A stretch of DNA of 64,000 bases from the human T2T-CHM13v2.0 reference genome, Homo sapiens. Of the stretch, positions 15,476 through 27,449 are shown one piece after another. How positions within the stretch are numbered: position 1 is the stretch's first letter; each line of letters starts with the position of its first letter. The translations under genes were made by a program, and so were the position numbers. The stretch lies in assembly GCF_009914755.1 (NCBI RefSeq), contig NC_060941.1, one strand, 5' to 3'. The notes below the pieces were generated by a model. The model was not told where the DNA came from. It did not search any database and saw nothing but the letters and a program-made list of their open reading frames with translations.

Positions 15476-16649
15476 TGCATTTATTTTTGCAAATATTTAT
15501 TGAGTGCCCACTTCACACACCCCAGATACTATGCTGGGAGCACATTTGCATCCATATATATTAATGCCAGTTATAGGATAAATTGCCTGTGTATTGGTCA
15601 GCTTTGGCTAGATCATGCTGCAATAACAAACAATTTCAGATACCTGTGGCTTATAATACAAAGATTTTATTTTGACTCATGCTACGTGCCCTGGCTCTGC
15701 TACCTGTCCTTATCATCTCATTCCAGGATCCAGGCTAATGAAGTAACCAAGAACAATATGTCCTAGCCATTATAACTCTTCTTAGAGGCCTGAGTTTTGG
15801 AGGAAGGAGGAAGCAAGAATAAGGAAAGGGTGCCCCAGAGATAGAAAGGGAAGCCATTGTAAGAGCTCTGCAAAGATGATTTCATTAGTTACAATTGTAG
15901 GAACAGAAAAATGACTGGTTTGCATTTCAAACAAGGGGAAAAAGAAGCATTGTTTTGTGTGTGAGTGTGAGCCGGCTGGGTATTGGATTCTGAATTCTTT
16001 GTTATATCCTCTGGCAAGAATTCAGCTGGCCTCTTACTTCTTCCTGTCAAACCCTGAAATGGACTACAGCCTTTGAACTAAAATGCTGCACACCCAACCC
16101 AAAACTCAGACAGCTCTGAAAGTGTTCACTGCTCAGCAGCCGATTTTAAACCACTCTTGCCCTTGGCGACTTTAAATCATCTCCCCACCATCACCCTGGA
16201 ACACATTAGACAACTTTATTGCCACATTCCTTGCCAATTTAATTTTTGTAAACCATATTCCAGCACTTTAGATTTCCTCATGTAACAGAGAGGTTTTTCA
16301 AGTGAGACTTTGAATCCAAGAGTGGATTCCCGGGTCTGTGGGGATCACCGCACTCCATTCTTAAAAGGGAGCAGGAGTAATTGTTAGCTGACGTCCCTGG
16401 CATGTTTTGGTATCTTTGGATACTGCTCTAATTATGACTGTTATGATAACATGACATGGGTGATTCCGTGGAATCTGAAATATTGCATGTCCAATGTCAG
16501 CCCAAATGAGAACCAGGAAGCTGGCAGAGAGGGACCAAGTCAGGATGGATTTGCTGACTCTGTTATGGCGTTAACATCACCTGAGTGGATTTATCCAAAT
16601 TCAGAGTAAATGTTCCATAAAAACCGCTTAAAACTTTTATTTCAAAATG

Positions 16650-18230
16650 GCTTTTTAAATTAAATTTTAAAAGTAACAATAAATATGATAAGTACAGAAT
16701 ATGGAAAATGATAAATACAGATAAATCACAATAAAAAAGAAAAAAATGAATCTTATTATCCAGTTAACCACTGTGGCCTTTTGGCATAAGTACCTTAAGT
16801 CAGTTACTTTATCTGTGTGTATGTGCATTTATATATTTCTTTTTAAAACACAATTAGAATTTTATTCATGCCAATAAGGATCCTTATTCAAAACAACTTT
16901 TTATGACTGCCGTATAGATGAATTGATCAATTCTCTATTGTAATGCATTTATGTTCAATCCAGTTTTTCCCTATGATAAGCAACAATGCAATGAATACTT
17001 TTGATAAATATTTCCCAATCACCCATCGGAATAGTAAAAGAAATGTTTGCGCACTCCTAGCCCACACTGTAGTGTCTTCTATTTTATTCAGTTTATTAAT
17101 TTGATCTTTGAAAAAGAATTTTTAAAATTTACTTTCATTTGATGAAGCTGAACCTTTTCACACTTTTGTGTTTTCTCTTTTTTTTCTTTTTTTGTAAATT
17201 TTCTGTTTGTGTCTGCCCATTTTATTACAGGGGCCACTCCTATTTTCATAGCGATTTTTAAGAACTCTGCAAAAGTTGATGAACAGCACCTTGACTGAGT
17301 AGAGAATTCTTGGGGCACATCATATTTCCTTCAAAACTGTTGACCTTGCCTCCCAGGCCTTTGGTGTATAAAGTTGTAAATATTGTAAATAGACTACTTT
17401 TTGTCTTATTGGTGACATGCTTACCCTGCTTCAGTTATTTTCAGCCAGGGATGATGTTGCCCTGCAGGGGACATTTTTGGCTGTCACAACTTGGGGATGC
17501 TACTGGCATCTAGTGGGTAGAGTTCAGGAATGCTGCTAAGCATCCTACAATGCACAGAACAGGCCCCTCCCACAGCAGGGAATTATCTGCTCCAAAATGT
17601 CAACAGTGCTGAGGTTGAGAAACCCTAATCTAAATGCTTGGACAATTCATTCTTAAATAAGTTCACCAAGATATGTCTTGATTTTAGTCATTTTTAAATA
17701 ATTTGCCTGTTGCATGTTAGGGACTATCAACAATTTTTCAGAAAAATTCCTGCTATCTAGCTGCCTTTATGTGTTTTTAAAATTTTCCTCTGCCTTCTGG
17801 CTAACATCCTCTACATAATTCCATTTGTTATGCCATCTTAATTTATGTTCTCTACTATTTCTTTCCTTTTCATAGGGGCTTTGTCTCCTACCATTGTTTT
17901 CTTAGCACTATCAGTTTTCTCTTCACCTTTGTAGAGTGCTTGCCCATTAATTTTAATTATATTGAAAAGTAAAGCATTTACTCTTCTAACCTGTCTTGTA
18001 GTTGCAGAAATATGTCTTTTTAGAAGTGTTCTCTTCGTCTTCTTTTTACTGCTTATGTTTCTTTTCTTTTTTTTTTGTTGTGTTAGAAAATTTTGTACAA
18101 ATCCTATGTTGTGTTTCCTTTTTTGGTTGTTGTTTTGGTTCACTTATTTTAGAATGGATACTAATCTATCCAGTCTTCCTATTTATCATAAAAAGTGTGG
18201 GTAGATTTACTTTGGGTTTCCTTCTTATTT
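16650..18230 (-). mobile_element. Ancient L1ME-type fragments
   Basis: AT-rich degenerate antisense L1 3' and upstream sequence, interrupted by MER20. Confidence 0.45.
17432..17627. mobile_element. MER20 (hAT-Charlie)
   Basis: gacatttttggctgtcacaact...tgctactggcatctagtgggtagag...gctgaggttgagaaaccct. Confidence 0.9.
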
Positions 18231-18719
18231 ACCTGGGCTCTCTTTGAATATCCTCCATGGAGGACACAGAGTGAAGGCTGGTTCAAGTTTATATAATTAG
18301 CCAGAATTTCAGGAGCCTGGAGGTGGGAAGAGGGGTCACAGAAGCTAAGTAACTTTGCCATTGAACACTTTTTCTTCTATATTTTATGTAACCATGTTAT
18401 AAGGTACCATCTCTACCAAGTTGGAGAAGTAGCCTTTCCCTTTGAGAGGATGTCCCAGTGGCACAAGATTGATCATCAGCTTTGAAATGACACAGGCTTA
18501 TTGCTTACAGAATAATAGAAACCTTACTAGCAATGTGTTATTTGGAAAATGCAGTCATATATTTGTCTGTTTCTTCTGAGGCTGCTGGTCTACAGAAAAG
18601 CTACAAGTGAATTGGAAACTCTGTTGATCCAAAAGCCTACTCTTCCTAAGCCAGATTTAAGAGTTTCCAACTAAAATTAATCTGTTAATCCAACTATATT
18701 GTTTTTAAAAAGATCCCAA

Positions 18720-19345
18720 TGCACAGCCTCAATGGAAAACAATATGGTGGTTTCTCAAAAATTAAAAATAGAATTATCATATCATCCAGTAATTTTAATC
18801 CTGGGTATACACTCCAAATAATTAAAAGCAAAAACTTTAACAGATATTTGCACACTCATGTTCACAAAAGCATTATTCACAATGCAAAAAAGGTGGAAGC
18901 AACCCAAGTGTCCATCAATGGATAAACAGCTAAACAAAATGTGGTTCATCATACAATGGAATGTTACTCAGCCTTAAAAAGGAAGGAAATTATGGTACAT
19001 GCTATAACATGGATAAACCTTCAGGACATCATGCTAAGTGAAATAAACCAGTTATAAAAGGATAGCTACTATGTGATTCCACTTACATGAAGTACCTAGA
19101 GTGGCCAAATTCATAGAGACTTAAAGTAGAATGGTGGTTGCCAAGGGGACATCAGGAGATTCTTGTCAATAGTTGCTAATAGGTATAGAGTTTCAGCTTG
19201 GAAAGATAAAAAAGTGCCAGAGAGAGATGGTGATGATGGTTGCACAATATAAATATACTTAACGCCACTAAACTGTACACTTAAAGTGGTTAAAATGGTA
19301 AATTTTGTGTTATGTATATATTATCAAAATTAAAAAAATTTTAAA
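18720..19345 (+). mobile_element. L1MB-type 3' end
   Basis: ggaagcaacccaagtgtccatcaatgg...cttaaaaaggaaggaaatt...gtacacttaaagtggttaaaatggtaaattt, then an A-rich tail. Confidence 0.85.
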
Positions 19346-19798
19346 TTTCTAAGCAAAGAAAGAAAGACCCTGAGTGGAAGGATGTATAAGGTTATAAGAG
19401 ATTGTGTCTCATCTAATAACCTAGACAAGCCAGATAAACTACTGGTCATAGAGGGTTTCTTCCTGGAGCCAATAAAATAGCTGAGAAAGTTAGGCGAACT
19501 AAACTTCAGAAAATCTGTTCATAAACTTCAGGCATAAGAGCATGGCTGCTCTTATGCCTGTCAGACCACAGATAGGAGAAGGAATGCACCGTGAAAGAGA
19601 GTAGGGAGAATCTGACTGAAGAGTGTAAATACTTTTGGCAGGAATATGTAGGACAGCATGATGAATTAGAGCTCTGAGGAGCCCTAGACACAGAGCATAT
19701 CTGTGCCCACAGGTGAAATCTGTTTCATGTGCTGGGCTATGAAACACATCTCATATGGAGTATATTATCTGATCACAATGGTATTAAATTAGAAATCA

Positions 19799-20100
19799 GG
19801 GCAAGGCACGGTGGCTGACATCTGGAATCCCAACATGTTAGGAGACTGAGGCAGTTGGATCTCTTGAGCCCAGGAGTCTGAGACAAGCCTGGGCAACATG
19901 GTGAAACCCATCTCTACAAAAAATTCAAAAACATTAGCCAGGCATGGTGGCATGCATCTGTAGTCCCAGCTACTCAGGCAGCTGAGGTGGGAGGATTGCT
20001 TGAGCCCAGGAGGTGGAAGTAGCTGTGAGCTCAGATCATGTCACTGCACTGAAGCCTGGGTGACAGAGTGAGGCCCTGTCTCAAAAAATAAAATAAAATA
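19799..20100 (+). mobile_element. AluJ (Jb-like)
   Basis: Full-length; 13-bp TSD aaattagaaatca. Confidence 0.93.
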
Positions 20101-21923
20101 AATTAGAAATCAATAACAAAAATACCCCCAGTCCAAAATATTTATAAATTAAGCAACACGTTTCTAAATAGCTGAAGAGTCTAAGAAAACATTGCAGAAT
20201 TACTTGAAAATATTTTACACTGAATGATAATCAAAACACATCATGTTTGTGAAATGCAGCTAAGTTAGTAGTTGCAAGGAAATTTGATAGTTTTAAATAC
20301 TTGTATTAGAAAAGAAGGTATAAAATAATCTAAGTTTCCATTTCATTAATCTGTACAAAGAGAAAACTAAACCTAAAGTAAAAGGAAGGAAATGATTTTT
20401 TTAAATAATAATGATCAATAAAGCAGAAAATAAGCAGCATAGAAAATAAAGTTAAAAGTTAATTTTTTGAAAAAATAATGAAAAGAATAAATCTTCAGAT
20501 ACATTAATAAATAATAAAAAAATACAAATTACCAAGATCAAGAAGGAATGAGGAGATACTACTACAGACCCTACATACACTAAAAAGAAAATTATGGTAC
20601 ATTATAAACATAGTTATGTCAATGAACTGAACAACTTTGACAAAATTGACAAATTCCCTGGTAAAACATATGGAACTGACATGCAAAGATGCAGAAAACC
20701 TAAATAACTCCATATCTATTAAAAAACTGAATTTGTGATAATAGGAAAAAAAATCTTCCTACCAAAGAAACTGCAGGTTTAGATATACTCACTGGTGAAT
20801 GTTATCAAATTCTTAAGGAAGGGATAACACCAACTATATGCAAACTGTTTTGGAAAATGGAGGAGGAGAGTAACTTCAAAATTCACTTTACTAGGGCAGC
20901 ATTAGCCCGATATAAAAACCTGGCAAAGATGTTGCCAGAAAAGGCAATTAGAGATTAAATCCTTCATACACATAGATTAAACATGCCCCAACAAAATATT
21001 AGCCAATATAATTTAGCAACATATCAAAATAGTAACACATTATATACAATTAGGGATTAATTTCAGGAATGCATAGTGGTTTCAAAGTTTAAAAATTGAT
21101 CTATGTAATTTACCACATGAACAGAATAAAGAAATAAAACATCACCTCTTTAGACACAGAAATTGCATTTGACAAGATGCAACACTCATTAACAATTTTT
21201 TAAAAATAATTTGAGAAAAGTGGGAATAAAATAAAATTTACTCAATTTGATAAATAACATCAATGAAAAACCTACAGTTAACATAATACTTAATTGTGAA
21301 ATATTAAGCCCTTTTTTCCTCAGACCAAAAAAAAAAAGGTAATAATGTTCATTATCCTTACTATTCACCAGTATAATGGACATTCTAGTCAGTGCAAAAA
21401 GGTGGAGGAATTAAAAAGAAAGTTCAGAAAGGTTAGAAAGGAAAACATCAAATGTCTTTTTTACCAGAATAACATTATTATATGTGCTGAAAACACTGTA
21501 GAACCTACAAATAAATCTACTATAACTAATAAGTAAATTTAGTAAGGCCAAAGTCTATAAAGCCAATGTATGAAAAATAAATTGTGTATCTTTATTTTAA
21601 CAACAAAATTAATCTTAAAATGCCATTAAACCAGTGAATACAAGGGAATACATCTTACAATAGAGATCTAATATAACTATAGGTAAAATTACAAAGCATT
21701 ACTGAAAAGAAAAGTAAAGATACACTAAATCAATGTAAACAGATATTATCTTCACAGACTGGAAGAAAGCAGTGTTAAGATATTTTTTCTCCCAAATGGG
21801 GAGAATCTCTACCAAAATCCCATGACTCTTAAGCTTTATATGGAAATTCAAGGGATCTAGAATGTCCTAAAAAACTGGAGGATGTACACTACCTGATTTC
21901 AAGACTTGAAATTGTCTAAATAA

Positions 21924-22013
21924 AGTTGTCTATCTTTATGCTCACACCATACTGTCTTGACTTTGAAGGTAAGTAGTCAAGACAGTATGGTATGAGCATA
22001 AAGACAGACAACT
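21924..22013 (-). repeat. 39-bp inverted repeat with 12-nt loop (hairpin)
   Basis: Arms 21924-21962 and 21975-22013 pair at 37/39 positions; both mismatches are G-U wobbles in minus-strand RNA. Confidence 0.95.
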
Positions 22014-23245
22014 AAAGCAACAGAACAGATTGAGCCCAGAAACAGAATCACACATATGGTCAATTGCTTTTTGGCTAAGGGGCTAGGTCAATTCAATGGC
22101 AAATAGGACACCTTTTTAAATAAATTATGCTGGAGCAACTAGATAAAGGTATGAGGACAAAAAGCTTAACCATTCCATACACAAAACTTAATGTGAAGTG
22201 GATCATAGTCACCTCAACTCAAGCACAAAAGTCAGAAATATAAAACTTCTAGAAGAAAACAGAATACCTTAGTGACCTTGGGGTAGAAAAAAAAATCTCT
22301 TGGACAGGATACAAAAGGTACTATCCATAAAGGAATAGAATGGTACATTTAACTTTATCATAATTCAAGATTTCTGCTCATCTGCTTTTATCTTCCTTAG
22401 CTTTAGTTCAACTTTTATTGTATTTGGAAAAATGTCCTTGTGGTATATTGTTACCACCCTGCCCTGATTCCCCATCCCTTCACTCCACCCCAACTTTGTT
22501 TTTCTTGATCCTTTTGGTCATGATAAGGAGAACTGTACTAGTATTTTTACTTAAATTGTCTTCTGGCTTTTGTGCCCCCTATATTCCTTCAGTCACTTAG
22601 GGAAATGGCTTGGAGTGTTCAGCCTGAGTCCATTTTGTGCCCTCCTTCTCAGTTCCTGGATATGATGATAAATTTGTACCAATTCATACCCCACCACAAT
22701 CAGCTTCATTGGTAAAGGTTTTCCTTGGAGAACCCTATTAAATGCCAGTGGCTATTTCATTTGACACCTCTGACAGTCCTAAAATGTTTGTTTGGAAAAG
22801 CATGTGACAAGTATAGTACATAGCAAAGAGTGGAAAGAAAAGTAATAAAGATAATTAAGTGACTCTGAGTATTGTTTTATGAAGGATGATTGAAGATATT
22901 AATACAAACCACATTTCTTTCTGGAACACCCAGTGAAAGAGGGGGATTGATGAGGCAATAACTGCTAATAGAATAAACAGCCAAAGGAGAAAGACATCTG
23001 TGGGTGGTATCAAGGGTATAACTCCAAGTTTCAGGAGGAATTTAATAAAGAAATGTTTAGGCTGAGAAAGTTCCAGTTAGTGGGAGGCCTGGAGCATGGC
23101 AGGCTGCATCTAAAGACATGGGTTCCTGTCACAGGCCTGAGATTGTGGAATCAAATGAAGCCTAAGGATGCTTATAATAGAGCATCACACAGAGACCAAG
23201 CGTGTGTGATGGGTTCTCTCAGTCTTTCTTTCACTTTGCTTTTTA

Positions 23246-23506
<261 letters not shown>

Positions 23507-23698
23507 TTAGTTTTCTAGTATAAAAAAGACTAAACTGGAAAATAATCATATATATATATATAACAGATATAACAGATTATTATATGTACATAATATGATA
23601 CTTTATATCAGTAAATAACAGATTCAGGCCTAGTGTCTCTTGCATTAAGAAGATAAGCCTCAAAAAACATTTTAATGAAAAACAGAAGGCTGCGGTTA

Positions 23699-23765
23699 CC
23701 TCTATGGGTAAACCAGAATGTTATTCAGACAGAGATGACCAGGCCTTCCTTTGCCCCATGGAAAG
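23699..23765 (+). repeat. 67-bp dispersed direct repeat, copy 1
   Basis: 64/67 identical to 24747-24813. Confidence 0.95.
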
Positions 23766-24524
23766 GGGCTCAGGTGAACTCTGCCAGTCATGGGACCCAC
23801 GCGAGGACAGGTTGATGGGAAATCTTGAACTCAAATGGAACCTGTGCTTGAGTCGTGCTCTGGCTTCTGTTGCCTGAATTTCCTGTCTTTCCACTATTTG
23901 TCCACTAGGATTGTGAGGTTTGTGAGTGCAAGGTTCATGTCTTTCATTTCTGTATTTCCAGTGCGAGGCATGAAGTCAGCAAGGTGTCTAAAATACATCT
24001 GATACATGTGCCCTTCTTGACCGCCATGGCCGCCATCCTGGCCAACCACTGCCGTCTCTTCTCTGGATGGCAATGTCAAATAGCGTGACCAATGATCACT
24101 TTTCTATGCCTGCCTTCTATGATATGTTCTTCGCAGGGAAGCCAGAATGAACCAGCCTCTTTGGCCAATTTAATCTACGTATTACTTCCTTTGTATCTTG
24201 TATGTTCCTGCCTCTTTGCTTTTCCTCTCGTTTGGAGTACCTTCCCCTGACCCTTCTTTTCTTCAAGCCCCCATGCAGATCCTTCTTTCATCTCTGTAGC
24301 TTTTATTAATTTAGGCATCTCATTAATTGAGTCATTCAATAAGTTATTTACCATTTATGAGCATCTACTGCATGCCACACATCGTGTTAATTTCTGGAGA
24401 TATGAATATAAATAGGATGAGGCCCTGCCTTCTGGGAACATAACCTAATACTGGGATGTACCAATGGTCCACAAACTTGGCTAATTCACAGCCCCACCTG
24501 AATACTTAAAAAAAAATTACAGAT

Positions 24525-25090
24525 ACTCAGTGTGTCCGTCCTCAGGCTGTTTCGCTCACATTTCCTCTGCTTCGTTCTGTATTGCAGAGAGGTTGTCAGC
24601 TGGAAAATAGGAAGAGGGAAATTTGGAGGAAGGAGGAAGGGATTAAGCAGGTGTTTCTCCCGTCCCCCTGACTTTGGTGTCACCTCCAGCAGTAACCATG
24701 ATAGTGGTGAGGTTTCAGCTTCCTCTGAACAGGCCAGAGGGGGATGCCTCTATGGGTAAACCAGAATGTTATTCAGACAGGTATGACCAGCCCTTCCTTT
24801 GCCCCATGGAAAGTCCTTGGATGCCAGTCCTACTACTTCATTGCTGTGTCCCTTCAGCCTCGGATGATAGTGGCTTCCTGTTCTTACTACTGCTTAGGTG
24901 ACTTTACTGTTTTCTATTTGATTTAGCTCTTCCAACACTTGTGCAACAACCTTCCTATCTTAGATTTCCTTTGTTTTAAATATTCAGAGTGGTTCCCACC
25001 TTCCTGGTTGGATACTAGCACAGTTGGATACTACTACAGTTATTGGTACCAGAATTGGCCCCAATAAATCAGATATTCAGGATGCAGCGC
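24525..25090 (+). mobile_element. LTR33-like ERVL LTR followed by a tRNA-Leu PBS-like site
   Basis: cccttcagcct...tagtggcttcctg...tagatttcctttgttttaaatattcagagtggtt LTR 3' end; TGGTACCAGAATTGG at 25044-25058 resembles the ERVL PBS TGGTACCAGGAGTGG. Confidence 0.6.
24747..24813 (+). repeat. 67-bp dispersed direct repeat, copy 2
   Basis: 64/67 identical to 23699-23765. Confidence 0.95.
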
Positions 25091-25429
25091 TCACGTCTTT
25101 GAGTGTGGTGGTTTCCTTGCAGAATTGTGGGGAACTATGAATGTCCCATAGCATATGGTAGAGTCACAATTATTTAAATGTGTTATCTGCGCTTGCTTGG
25201 GATGAAGTGTCTCACCCGTCATGGTGTTCTGTCCTTCCACTCTAACCCTCAAATGCTTCTGCCCAAGGAACACATTCCACTGAGAGAGGAGTGCAGAAAA
25301 GGGTTCTTCTTATGCTCACCATCACCCGGAAGCAGCTGGCCGCATCCATTTAGAACTGCTTGCAGGATACTCTCTGTTCCAGTTACAAAGGTGTTGCCTC
25401 TCCTCTCCAAATTTACTCTTCATTCCCTG

Positions 25430-25621
25430 CTTTCTTTTTTGTTGATTTTTTTTGTTGATACATAATAGATGTGCATATTTTGGGGGTACATGTGTTAATT
25501 TGATACATTCATGTGATGTGTAAAAATCAAATCAGAGTAATTGAGATATCCATCACCTTAAATATTCATCTTTTCTTTATGCTAGGAACATTCGAATTAT
25601 TTTTTTCTAGCTATTTTGAAA
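25430..25621 (-). mobile_element. L1MA 3' end
   Basis: ttgatacataatagatgtgcatattttgggggtacatgtg...ctagctattttgaaa. Confidence 0.8.
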
Positions 25622-25629
25622 GGTACCCG

Positions 25630-26217
25630 CTTTTCTTTTTCCTTTGGTAGCTGGCTTGTCAATGGAGTGTACTGGGGAGACAGTGCAGGAAGAAGGGTCT
25701 TTGTCGGTTCTAGCGTCTTCTCTTAGCAGTGCATGCAGCTCCCAGTGCTCGACTTGAACAGTGTGAGCGGCAGCCCGGGAACCAGGTTCCCTGCCATGCA
25801 CAGCAGCAGCCGCGGGGCCAGCAACTTCCCTCGACCTGCCCCTTGAAAAGCGCCCCCTGCTGTCTTAGAAAGAGGATATCTGGCAAATTCTGGAGAGGAG
25901 GTTTCCAGCAAGTTCTGCCGGCGCAGCACTACAAACTCTTCTCTGCCATTCAGGGAGCCACGGTCTTTCCTTCCCCAATGTGATCTGAGGCTAAGCTCTA
26001 GGGTAGATGCGGGTCTTGTCCTTGGTTGCTCTATCTCATCCCTAGGGGTAGAGGATATTCCTTATATGTTCTATTCCTATTTAGAGTTCTCATCACCTCC
26101 TTCCAGACAATCCCTCATTCCTCCAACTCCGCGTCATAGTTAATAATTCTTTGTAGCCAACTTGCCCTGGTCAAATGATTGAATCATTTGTCCCCTGGTG
26201 AGATCCTAATTGAGACT
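25630..26217 (+). mobile_element. LTR41-like ERVL LTR
   Basis: cttctctgccattcagggagccacgg...tgctctatctcatccctaggggtag...atagttaataattcttt matches the recalled LTR41 3' half. Confidence 0.65.
25849..25864 (-). promoter_or_regulatory. CTCF core motif
   Basis: Minus strand gaCAGCAGGGGGCGCT, with CpG retained. Confidence 0.65.
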
Positions 26218-26319
26218 CTCTATTATGGTGCCAGCTATTAAACAACAACAGTCTCCAGTCTCCTGAGACACCGGAGCACTGCCCTGCAAGATGTATCATA
26301 CGTTTACTATGATTTTTTA

Positions 26320-26685
26320 AATTTTTAAGACTTTATTTTTTAGAGTAGTTTTAGTTTCACAGGAAAATTGAAGACAAGATACAGATTTTACATATACTCC
26401 TTATTTTCCCATTTCCAACATCCCCCAGCAGAGGATGCATTTATTACAATCAATAATCCTACATTCACCCATCGTTATCACCCAAAGTCCGTAATTTACA
26501 TGTGGTTCACTCTTGGTGTTGTACATTCTGTGGGTTTAAACAAATGTATGATAACATATACCCGCCATAATAGTGTCATCAAGTATTTTCACTGCTCTAA
26601 ACGTCCTCTCTGCTCTGCCTCTTCATCCCTCACTCCCTACACTCCCTGGCAACCACGGATCTTTTTACTGCCTCCACAGTTTTGT
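26320..26685 (-). mobile_element. L1MC1/2-type 3' end
   Basis: agactttattttttagagtagtttt...ttatcacccaaagtcc...gttcactcttggtgttgtacattctgtgggttt. Confidence 0.8.
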
Positions 26686-26699
26686 GGCATACAATTTGA

Positions 26700-26990
26700 A
26701 ACAGCAATCAATACATGGTGCCATTTTTCCAACAGCCAAAATAATGAGTCCAGGAACCAAAAGGTTGAAGTCATGATTACACTTAGTAACCCACCCACAG
26801 GTACTGTACTTTTGATTCCTGTGGACTCTTCCAGTCTAAAGTTCTGATTTCATAATGGAGGACTGCTTCCATTGGTGACAGAGAAAGGCCCCCATCAGAT
26901 TAGCAGCTGAGACGATTTGGGCCTCCTCGTGCCACTGAACTGACAGAAGTGGGTTCTGGGTGCATTGTGTGGATTTCCTTAATGGGGGTA
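26700..26990 (+). mobile_element. ERVL internal remnant (integrase C-terminus/dUTPase region)
   Basis: atggtgccattttt...gtccaggaaccaaaaggttgaa...tttgggcctcctcgtgccactgaa resembles degenerate ERVL-int. Confidence 0.6.
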
Positions 26991-27449
26991 GTAGCTTCCA
27001 ACTGGTGCTAATTTTTGGATTGCCTCATAGTCTCATATATGCCTCCTCAGCACTGCTATCAGGATTTGGTAGATAAATCTTCTTTATTGAAACAGGTTGA
27101 ATGGCTTTTGTTTGCTTGATTGAACCTTGTCAAATAAACAGGCGTCATTAAACTCGTATCTCTCCCTGCTTCTGCCACTCTCTATCCCTCTTCCTTGCTG
27201 TATTTCTCCATATCACTTACTCATTTTCACACTCATAGCTTACTCATGTAAGCTTACTCATTTTCACACTCATTTAGTCATTTATTTATGTTTCACAAAG
27301 GCAGGATGTAGGTACATTTTATGTTTTTACTTCTGTATAGCTAATGCCTAGAACCAGGCCTGGTATATGGTAAGTTCTCGGTAAACATTGTTAAGTGAAT
27401 AGATCAAAATGGGTATAGATTTCGAAGTGTACGTGCGTGGTGACTAACC

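Larger units (their letters stand above)
19750..22385 (+). mobile_element. Old L1M ORF2 remnant
   Basis: Collinear degenerate EN-to-RT ORF2 sequence (tctgatcacaatggtattaaattagaaatca...aaaacttctagaagaaaac); no intact ORF. Confidence 0.85.

Noticed and set aside
26368-26847. 159-aa ORF
   Set aside because: Spans an antisense L1MC 3'UTR and degenerate ERVL-int; chance open frame.
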